Shown here piece after piece: positions 56,639 to 64,000 of a stretch of 64,000 bases of DNA. Origin of the DNA: an uncultured bacterium. Its GTDB lineage: Bacteria; Acidobacteriota; Thermoanaerobaculia; Multivoradales; JAHZIX01. Position numbers and translations under genes: made by a program. Positions within the stretch are counted from its first letter, which is position 1. Each line of letters opens with the position of its first letter. Where the stretch lies: assembly GCA_965368975.1 (NCBI GenBank), contig CBDUPA010000015.1, forward strand, positions 96,001-160,000. Reading direction: 5' to 3'. The notes beneath the pieces were generated by a model, which saw only the letters and a program-made list of their open reading frames with translations, did not search any database and was not told where the DNA came from.

Positions 56639-58044
56639 GCCGCCACCGCGGCCTTGTCGGCGGTCACGTCGTCCGAGGCGGCGCCAGCGCGGCGCACGGA
56701 CACCGCGACTCCGGCGACCTCGCACAGCTTCTTGCCATCCGCCGTGAAGGTATCGATCACGGTTTGGTCCAGACCGATGCGCAGAGGAACGCCGCCGATC
56801 GTCGGCGTGATCTCGGGCAACTGAAACACCGGAATCTTCAGCAACGCGATCATGTTGACGATGAGGTTGGCGATCGGACTCAAGAGCTCATCGACGATGC
56901 GTGACAGGAGCCGGTTGATGAATTCGGGCACCTCGTCGAACCGGAGGTCGATGTTCAAGCGCTGGGTCAGGCTGAATTGATGGAAGCGCACCCAGCCCTC
57001 AGAGAGCAGGACCGAAGCCACGACCTGCGGCCTGGCCAGAATCGACAGACCCACGCGGACCCAATCCCACCACTTCCAGAAAGCCCTGATGCGGAAGCCT
57101 GCCCGACCTGAACCATAGGCCTCCAGGGATGCCAGGGTCTTGTTGCCGTCCTGCAGCGCGAAGCGAGGACTGCGCAGACCGACGCTGAAGCTGGCGCGCC
57201 CTTCGATCCCCAACCCTGGCTCCCACTCTTCCTTGCCGTGGGCCTGCCCCGCCTGGCGCGTGTGCCGGAGAATGCTGGTCGCCGCGCCGTTGGCCACGGC
57301 GTCGTCGAAGTGCACGAAAACGCCCTTGCGGTTGCGCACGGTAATCCCCTCGGGCGCCTGCGTCGTCGACCCCTTGAGGGCCGCGTAGCCGGCAACCACG
57401 CCTTGGCTGACCCGCACGGCGGGCGCCGCGAACTCGACGCCCTCGAAGCGGATCGCTGGCAATTCGAAGCCCTTGCCGAGGTACTCATTGACCTTGGGCA
57501 GCAGTAAGGGAACAAGGTAGTCGTTGACCAGCCGTTCCAGCTCCGGGTCCGGCTTGCCGGTCAGCTGGACTCGGGCGGTCAGCGCCTGCGGCACCAGCCT
57601 CCAATCAGGCGTGAACTGGGCGACGGCACCGATCGAAACGGAGCCCTCGAACCGGCGCTCGGGCCGGCCGTTGATCGAAACACCCAGGATGACCTTGTTG
57701 GCCAAAACGTCGAAGCTGGCCCTGGAATCCACCATCCCGTCGATCAGCGAAGTCACGTCCGTCCCTTGCAACAACTCGGCGACGGCTGCCGCGCCAGCTT
57801 GCTCCGCCTGCGGCTGCGTCCAGCTGGCCAGCAATCCGGCCTTGTACTCGGCCACCAGCGCAGAGTTCTTGAACCGGAAGACGAAGGCCTGAGCCAGGTC
57901 GTAGGTCGCCTTGATCTTCAAAGGCTCGGTCACTTCGAGTTCGCCTTTGAGCGGAGCGTTGGGATAGATCTGAGCGTGGAGTTGCCTGGAAAGGTTGTTG
58001 AAACTCTCTTCTGTCGCGCCTGCTACCGCGTTGTACGTGGCCAT
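56635..58044 (-). CDS. Hypothetical protein, probable BPI/LBP/CETP (TULIP) lipid-binding fold
   Basis: 469 aa in two similar halves; LVNDYLVPLLLPKVNEYLGKGFELP resembles the BPI C-terminal LPRVNEKLQKGFPLP segment; GAGGAG RBS; stop overlaps the start of the GPLD1-like gene. Confidence 0.6.
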   Translation of the reverse strand: MATYNAVAGATEESFNNLSRQLHAQIYPNAPLKGELEVTEPLKIKATYDLAQAFVFRFKNSALVAEYKAGLLASWTQPQAEQAGAAAVAELLQGTDVTSLIDGMVDSRASFDVLANKVILGVSINGRPERRFEGSVSIGAVAQFTPDWRLVPQALTARVQLTGKPDPELERLVNDYLVPLLLPKVNEYLGKGFELPAIRFEGVEFAAPAVRVSQGVVAGYAALKGSTTQAPEGITVRNRKGVFVHFDDAVANGAATSILRHTRQAGQAHGKEEWEPGLGIEGRASFSVGLRSPRFALQDGNKTLASLEAYGSGRAGFRIRAFWKWWDWVRVGLSILARPQVVASVLLSEGWVRFHQFSLTQRLNIDLRFDEVPEFINRLLSRIVDELLSPIANLIVNMIALLKIPVFQLPEITPTIGGVPLRIGLDQTVIDTFTADGKKLCEVAGVAVSVRRAGAASDDVTADKAAVAA

Positions 58045-58204
58045 GCTCTTCTCCTCGTACCTGCACTCCTCGTCGAGCACGGGGAGACACAGGGAGCCTC
58101 GGGTTGTCTCTTGCAGTCATCCTCCGACGCTCGCAGGAAGCTGAAGAGTCTCGACCCAAGGCTGTCGCCAGGCGCGGCAACCTCTCACCGTCTTTGCAGG
58201 CCGC

Positions 58205-59191
58205 TCACTTCTCGTCGACCCAGGTCTGCCCTGCCTTCTCGACTTCACTGTCCCAGCCGCGCCGTGTGTCGTGGGTTTCCTCGTCGCCGCCGTTGACGCG
58301 GATCTTCCAGGTGGTGTCGCTCTTCATGTGGCCTTTGCCCGGCAGACAGGTGACTTCGATGTCGACCACATCACCCGCAGCCACCTCCACGGGTGCGTGT
58401 AGGGGCAGGCGCGGACGGCCCCAGTGGGTGTCAGGGGCTTCGGGGCCGGTGGACAGTTCGACGCCACCGCCCAGATCACTGGTGAACCAGAGCACGAAGG
58501 CGTTGAGACGACCCGCACGCTGGACCTCGAAGCTGGCACGGCCGTGGTAGGGCTGGCGCGACTCCGTGGCCGAGAAGGTATGGCAGTCGTGGCGCCACAG
58601 CTGGCTGGCGGGGGCCAGGAGTTCGGACGCCGGACTGGGCCGGCCCGGACGCTGGACGTTCTCGCACAGGACGTCCGCCATGCGGCCGAGCTCGACGCCG
58701 TAGGGCTGACCGCGCCAGAACTCCATGTCTTCGTGGAACTGGGCATTGTCGACCGGCGCGATGTAGACCGTGCAGTCGGCCGGCATCATGGCGCCGCCGG
58801 GCTTCAGGTACTTGTCGCGCGCGTCGAGCATGGCGGGCAGCATGTTCTCGTCGACGCCGTAGGTCCCCATCCACTCGGAGACGATCAGATCGACCTTGCC
58901 CGGCAACTCGACCTCGGACGCATCCGCTTCGAGCACCTCGATGCGGTCACTCAGGCCGTTGTCGGCAATGAAGTGACGGGCCAGCTGAGCCATGTGACTG
59001 ATCTCGACGGCGTAAACTTTCTCGGCCCCAGCGCGGGCCGCGAAGATGCTCAGCAAGCCACTGCCGGCACCGACGTCGAGCACGGTCTGCCCCGGCTGGA
59101 CGACCGCGTTCAGGGCCTGCTGGAACGCTTCGCAGCGGGCGCGGTCGCGCAGCATGATCAGGTGCATGACAATGGAGGCGTAGTGGTACAT
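58205..59191 (-). CDS. Eukaryotic-type protein arginine N-methyltransferase (PRMT-like)
   Basis: H..ML.D..R, VLDVGAGSGLL, VYAVE, VDLIVSEWMG...ENML double-E loop, ARDKYLKPGG, FW..PYG arm, LSTGPEAPDTHW loop. Confidence 0.88.
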   Translation of the reverse strand: MYHYASIVMHLIMLRDRARCEAFQQALNAVVQPGQTVLDVGAGSGLLSIFAARAGAEKVYAVEISHMAQLARHFIADNGLSDRIEVLEADASEVELPGKVDLIVSEWMGTYGVDENMLPAMLDARDKYLKPGGAMMPADCTVYIAPVDNAQFHEDMEFWRGQPYGVELGRMADVLCENVQRPGRPSPASELLAPASQLWRHDCHTFSATESRQPYHGRASFEVQRAGRLNAFVLWFTSDLGGGVELSTGPEAPDTHWGRPRLPLHAPVEVAAGDVVDIEVTCLPGKGHMKSDTTWKIRVNGGDEETHDTRRGWDSEVEKAGQTWVDEK

Positions 59192-59221
59192 GAGATCTCC
59201 TCGGTAAAGACTCGGCAGAGT

Positions 59222-62200
59222 TCAGACAGGTTCGTGGATATCGTCGCGCACGGCAGCGTGCCGGGCAGTCAAGATGCGGCGCAGGGTGGCGGCCACCGGG
59301 CCGACGTGCGGTTCGAAGAGGAAGTTGGAGTGCTCGCCGTCGAAGCGCTCGACGTCGATTGGCCCCGCGCACAGGCGGCTCCAGCCGTAGGTCGGATCCT
59401 CCACCATGTCGCGGATGCCGGGGGCGTCGCGCAGGTAAAGAGAGTCGTAGTGGCGCGTGCGTAGCAGCAGCAGGCGTGCCTGCCTCTGGGTGCCGCCGGG
59501 CCCGCCGAGATCGGGGTGGCCGTAGCCGCGCCCCTCGGCATCGCGGCTGGGCTGAAAGTCGAGACCACTCCGCACGCGCGCCCGGAAGCGGTCGAGCCAG
59601 TGTTCGAGGTAGGCGGGACCGGCGTCGGTGGGCAGCAGGCGTTGCTCGCGCATCAGGGCGAGCACGAAGCGGATCTGTTCGACGGTCTCCAGGCCCTGCA
59701 GGTCTTCGGCCGACAACGCCAGGTCGAGGTCGGCCTTGCGGGCGTGGATCTGGGCGATCTGGACCAGGATGTCGGCACTCGACTCGGCCAGTTCCGGCTC
59801 CTCGGCGGCGTCGACCGGCGCCCGGGTGTCGAACAGGACGACCAGGCTGGGCGAGCGCCCCTGGATGGCGAGCTGGCTGGCGATCTCGTAGGCCAGCAAG
59901 CCGCCGAACGACCAACCGGCGAGGATGTACGGCGCCGCACCCCGGGACGACCACCCCGCAGACGGCCACCGCCGGTCCAGCTCGCGCACGTGCGCCGCGG
60001 CCATCTCGGGAATGCTGCGGAAGGTAACGCCAGCCCCGGGACGGCTGGCCTCCGGGTCGCGCAGACCCCACACCGGCTGCTCCGAGCCCAGGTGGCGCGC
60101 CAGGTCATGGTACGAGATCACTTCACCGCCGAAGGCATGGACGCAGACCAGCGGCGCTAGACTGTCTTCCGAGGCACCCGAGACCGGCTCGGCATCCGCC
60201 TGCACCCGGATCGGCACCAAGATCTTCGACGGCGCCTCGGACGCCTGGCGCAGCTGCCGTAGGTGCGTCGCCAGACCGGCGATGGTGGGCGCCCTTAGCA
60301 GGTCGCCGATCTCCAGCTCGGCCGCGTCGCCACGACTGGCCAGCCCCTCGCGCAGGCGCCACACCAGCTGCAACGCCAGCACCGAGTGGCCACCCAGTTC
60401 GAAGAAATCGTCGTCGACCCCGAGCGCGTCGACGCCCAGCGCCTCGCTCCACAGCTCTGCGATCCAGGTCTCGAGCTCGCCCTCGGGCACTCGGTAGGCA
60501 GTACTGACGGCCGGACGCGACTGCCGGGCACCACTGCCGAACGGGGAGTCACTCTTCGACGACACCGCGGGCTCTTGCACGGGCGTGCTCGCCTGCCAGG
60601 CTACGGCCGGCGGCTGGTCGAGACAGAAGACCGTGGCTTCACCGGCCAAGCTCAGGAGCTGATCGAGGGACCGACCTCGCGAACGTGGCTCGGAGCCGAG
60701 CATGCCCCACACCAGGTGCTGCCAGGGCTGCGCGTCGCGCGCTCGGCTGCGGCGGGCGAAGGCGTCGAAATAGCTGAGCGCGGCGGCGGCGGGTGCGGAT
60801 GACGGCGGCCAGGCGGAGACGATCCACTTGATGGAGCAGGTGTCAGCGACCTCTTCCAGCCAGGCGTCCAACAGCCTATCCAGCACCCGCAGACCGTCGA
60901 GACGCGGCCGGAAGCTGCGCTTGAAGTCGACCAGATCGAGCGGCTCGACGCCCTCGGCTGCTGCGCCAGGAACCAGCACCGGGGCCTGACGTTCACCGGC
61001 CACCGCCGCGGCGTGCACGATCGCGCGAGGAGCCCCCCAGTCCCGCAGCTCGTCGAGCAGGATCTGCAACGCGCCGGCCTCGGCGACGTCGCAGCGCCAC
61101 AGACGCAGCTCGGCGCCGCGCGCTTCGAGCGCCTGCAGCCGCCGGATCGACGCGGCTTCCGGTGTGCCGACCTGGGCGTCGAGCCAGGCGTCCCAGTTCT
61201 CGCGCACCGGGAACGGGTTCTGGCTCACCAGTGCCAATCTCAACTGCGCTTGCGAAGCCACCAACATTTCGGCCACCGCCAGCCCCGGATCACTCAAACC
61301 ACCTGTGAGCAGGACGACGCTACCCTCCGGCAAGTACCGCGTGGAGAGTCCCTCTGTCCCTGGCCCTCCCAGAGCTTCGAGCGCCACGGCCGCCACCGGC
61401 TCGAACGACGGCAGCCACCGCTGGTCGCCGACCCAGGCGACGTGCGCCTGATCACCGGCCGTCGCAGGAACCGCGCGCTCGGCATCGTGCAACCAGCGGT
61501 CGAAGCAACGGTGGCGCACGGCTTGCGGCAGGCTGGCGCCGTGGCCGCCTTCCGGCAGGCGCAGATCGAGGACCCGCAGCGGCAGCCCAGGTGCCTCACG
61601 CCGCACCGCGTCGATCAACCCGTGCAGCACCGCTGCGGCAGGCCGGGGTGGCGACCCCGGCGCGCAACTAGCACCGCCGGTGACTACGACAAGAGGCTTG
61701 CCGGCGGGCGGGTTCGTACCCTCTGGGACGGAACGCAGCAAGTCGAGCAGAGCAGCCACGTAGGCGGCGACCCTGGACGCCGGGGGGGCGTCCTCCATGG
61801 CCTCCGGAGTGGCGACGAGGGCCAGGATGTCGGCGTCTTCAGGACGCTCCGCCAGCTGGCGGCCGTGACGCTGCAGCGTCGTGCGCCAGCCGTCGAGCAA
61901 GGCGGAAGGTGGCGCTCCGTGGCCTGGCGTCTGCAAGTACCAGCTGGGTGCGGACTCAGCTGATCGCAGCACCCCCGGCACTGGCGCAGCAGGCGACCAC
62001 CGCGGTAGGTAGAGTCCGTGCTCCGCGACCCGCGGCGCCTCGCTGCCGATCGCGGGTCGCCGGCGATCCAGCCAGTAGCGTCCGCCCTCGAAGACGGTGC
62101 CCGGCAGGCTGAGTCGACGACGGCCGCCGGTACTCTCGGGAGACGTGCCGTCGGGAGATGTGCCGTCGGGAGAAGGCTGGCCGTGGAAGGCCCGCGGATC

Positions 62201-64000
62201 GGCGTCGACGCCCGCCAGCCACAGCCGACCGAGGGTCTGCACGGCACGGGTCGCATCGTTCGTGGCTTCGGCGCCGGCACCGACCATGGTGCGCACGGGA
62301 CCGAGCGCGGGAATTGCGCGTCCCGGTACGGCGGCCGGCTGACGTCCGACCAATTTGCTCAGTGCGTCGCCGGGACCGACCTCGAGACACAAGTAGCCGG
62401 CGTCGAGCAGGTGCTCGACGCCGCGCGCAAAGCGCACCGGTCGGCGAAGCTGGTCGACCCAGGCGTCCGGATCGGTGGCTTGTTCGGCGGAAATCCAGGT
62501 GCCGGTCAGATTGGACAGATAGGGCGTCGACGGCGGCTGCAAATCGGCGGTGGCGACACAGGCGCGGAAGGCATCCAGCATCGGCTCGAAGGCGCGCGAA
62601 TGGAAGGCGTGCGAGGTGTGCAGGGGCCGGGCCGGCACGCGCCGCGCCTCCAGCTGCACGCGCAGCGCCTCGACGACATCGGCCGGACCGGCGACGGTGC
62701 ACAGCTCGGGCGCGTTGACCGCCGCCAGGTCGAGGGCCTGGAATGAGGGCTGCTGCAGCACCTCGAGGACACCCGCCTCGTCGAGTCCCACGCCCAGCAT
62801 GGCACCGGGCTGGGCTCCGGAAGGAATCGCGGCCATCAGCCGGCCGCGCTCGGCGACCAGCGTCAACGCCGTTTCCAGGTCCATCACCCCGGCCCGGTGG
62901 GCGGCGACGAACTCGCCGATCGAATGACCGAGGTAGGCCGTCGCGCGCACGTCCCAGCTCTCGAACAGCTCGGCCACCGCCACTTCGACAGCGAACAGCG
63001 CCGGCTGGGCGATGGCGGTGTCTTGTAGCTGGTGGGCGTGTGCGTCCGGCGCCAGCACGCCACGCAGGGTCAAGCCTCCTTGCTGCTCCCGCCACAGCGG
63101 ATCGAGCACGGCGGCGCAGCGATCGAGCGCGGTGCGGAACACCGGCTCATGGGCGTCGAGTTCCCAGGCCATGCCGGGGTGCTGCGTCCCCTGGCCAGGG
63201 AAGAGGAAGGCAACCGGCGGCGCGCCTTCGGTTGCGGTAGCGGTGGCAGTGGCAGTGGCAGTGGCAGTGAAGGTCGATTCCGAAGCCTGAGCACGCAGCC
63301 CCGCGACTGCCGACGCCACGTCGCGGCACACGATCACCCGCCGGTGCGGCTGCGACTTGCGACCGTCGGCGAGGGTGAAGGCGACATCTTCCAGCTCGAC
63401 ATCTTCCAGTGCGACATCTTCCAGCACGGGTGACTCGCCAGCTTCAGCGCGTGCCTGTAACCAAGCCGCCAAGCGCTCGGCCGCGGCGTCGAGCGCGCTG
63501 TCGGTTCGAGCCGACAGTCGTAGCAGCCGGTCCGGTCGTGATGCCGAGGTCGTCGTGGGCATTTCAGGTGCTTCTTCCAACACCACGTGGGCGTTGGTGC
63601 CACCGATGCCGAAGGAGCTGACGCCCGCGCGTCGCGGGTGCGTCTCGGGACGCGGCCACGGGCGCAGTTCGGCGTCGACGTGGAAGGGACCGGCGGCGAA
63701 GTCGATCTTGGGATTGGGGCACTGGAAGTGCAGCATCGGCGGGATCTCACGGTGGCGCAGCGCCAGGACCGTCTTGATCAGACCCGCGACACCCGCCGCG
63801 GCGTCGAGGTGGCCGAAGTTACTCTTGATGCTCCCAAGGCTGATACTTCCTAGGCTGGTACTGGCCGAGCTGGTACTGCGAGCATCCGCCGCGAAGACGC
63901 GGTGCAGGGCGTCGACCTCGACCGGATCGCCGAGCGGCGTCGCGGTACCGTGCGCTTCCAGGTAGCCGAGACTGGACGGCTCGACACCGGCGGCGGCCAG
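59222..64000 (-). CDS. Type I PKS terminal module KS-AT-KR(inactive)-ACP-TE (5' end outside window)
   Basis: EAHGTATPLGDP, KSNFGHLDAAAG, SFGIGGTNAH (KS); FPGQG, GHSIGE, HAFHS (malonyl AT); degenerate KR; FFELGGHS (carrier); GWSFGG and GEH (TE). Confidence 0.93.
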   Translation of the reverse strand: MAAAGVEPSSLGYLEAHGTATPLGDPVEVDALHRVFAADARSTSSASTSLGSISLGSIKSNFGHLDAAAGVAGLIKTVLALRHREIPPMLHFQCPNPKIDFAAGPFHVDAELRPWPRPETHPRRAGVSSFGIGGTNAHVVLEEAPEMPTTTSASRPDRLLRLSARTDSALDAAAERLAAWLQARAEAGESPVLEDVALEDVELEDVAFTLADGRKSQPHRRVIVCRDVASAVAGLRAQASESTFTATATATATATATEGAPPVAFLFPGQGTQHPGMAWELDAHEPVFRTALDRCAAVLDPLWREQQGGLTLRGVLAPDAHAHQLQDTAIAQPALFAVEVAVAELFESWDVRATAYLGHSIGEFVAAHRAGVMDLETALTLVAERGRLMAAIPSGAQPGAMLGVGLDEAGVLEVLQQPSFQALDLAAVNAPELCTVAGPADVVEALRVQLEARRVPARPLHTSHAFHSRAFEPMLDAFRACVATADLQPPSTPYLSNLTGTWISAEQATDPDAWVDQLRRPVRFARGVEHLLDAGYLCLEVGPGDALSKLVGRQPAAVPGRAIPALGPVRTMVGAGAEATNDATRAVQTLGRLWLAGVDADPRAFHGQPSPDGTSPDGTSPESTGGRRRLSLPGTVFEGGRYWLDRRRPAIGSEAPRVAEHGLYLPRWSPAAPVPGVLRSAESAPSWYLQTPGHGAPPSALLDGWRTTLQRHGRQLAERPEDADILALVATPEAMEDAPPASRVAAYVAALLDLLRSVPEGTNPPAGKPLVVVTGGASCAPGSPPRPAAAVLHGLIDAVRREAPGLPLRVLDLRLPEGGHGASLPQAVRHRCFDRWLHDAERAVPATAGDQAHVAWVGDQRWLPSFEPVAAVALEALGGPGTEGLSTRYLPEGSVVLLTGGLSDPGLAVAEMLVASQAQLRLALVSQNPFPVRENWDAWLDAQVGTPEAASIRRLQALEARGAELRLWRCDVAEAGALQILLDELRDWGAPRAIVHAAAVAGERQAPVLVPGAAAEGVEPLDLVDFKRSFRPRLDGLRVLDRLLDAWLEEVADTCSIKWIVSAWPPSSAPAAAALSYFDAFARRSRARDAQPWQHLVWGMLGSEPRSRGRSLDQLLSLAGEATVFCLDQPPAVAWQASTPVQEPAVSSKSDSPFGSGARQSRPAVSTAYRVPEGELETWIAELWSEALGVDALGVDDDFFELGGHSVLALQLVWRLREGLASRGDAAELEIGDLLRAPTIAGLATHLRQLRQASEAPSKILVPIRVQADAEPVSGASEDSLAPLVCVHAFGGEVISYHDLARHLGSEQPVWGLRDPEASRPGAGVTFRSIPEMAAAHVRELDRRWPSAGWSSRGAAPYILAGWSFGGLLAYEIASQLAIQGRSPSLVVLFDTRAPVDAAEEPELAESSADILVQIAQIHARKADLDLALSAEDLQGLETVEQIRFVLALMREQRLLPTDAGPAYLEHWLDRFRARVRSGLDFQPSRDAEGRGYGHPDLGGPGGTQRQARLLLLRTRHYDSLYLRDAPGIRDMVEDPTYGWSRLCAGPIDVERFDGEHSNFLFEPHVGPVAATLRRILTARHAAVRDDIHEPV
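63230..63268 (-). repeat. In-frame hexamer repeat encoding (TA)n in the KS-AT linker
   Basis: actgcc x4 then accgct accgca acc, giving TATATATATATAT. Confidence 0.85.

Noticed and set aside
58205-59191. Annotation as ribosomal protein L11 methyltransferase PrmA
   Set aside because: It lacks the PrmA N-terminal domain and has the PRMT-specific double-E loop, dimerisation arm and THW loop.
1-64000. tRNA, rRNA, CRISPR arrays, integrases or transposases
   Set aside because: None recognised by eye in the intergenic regions or ORFs; a covariance-model search could still find small RNAs.

Overview
High-GC bacterial chromosome window. The gene repertoire (ECF sigma/Ser-Thr kinase pair, V-type ATPase, AddAB) is reminiscent of Acidobacteriota/Thermoanaerobaculia, but that assignment is inference. 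Housekeeping content: a complete trpEGDCFBA operon with a coupled esterase, arfB, copA, upp-GGDEF-addB-addA, an RND efflux system whose TolC carries a substrate-binding domain, pstSCA-arsC without pstB, msrA and a permuted V/A-type ATPase operon. Accessory content: VapBC, Xre-RES and Mrr. The best candidate for an undescribed system is at the right end (54.1-64 kb, minus strand): a terminal PKS module (KS-AT-dead KR-ACP-TE) followed by three eukaryote-like genes, namely a PRMT1-like arginine methyltransferase, a BPI/LBP (TULIP)-like lipid-binding protein and a full-length homolog of GPI-specific phospholipase D (GPLD1). Two other unusual systems: an ATP-cone/2-phosphoglycerate kinase/ApgM mutase fusion divergent from pstS across a Pho-box-like repeat, and an ECF sigma plus kinase-polysaccharide deacetylase fusion facing a secreted putative glycoside hydrolase. 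All homology calls come from motifs recognised by eye; no searches were run.
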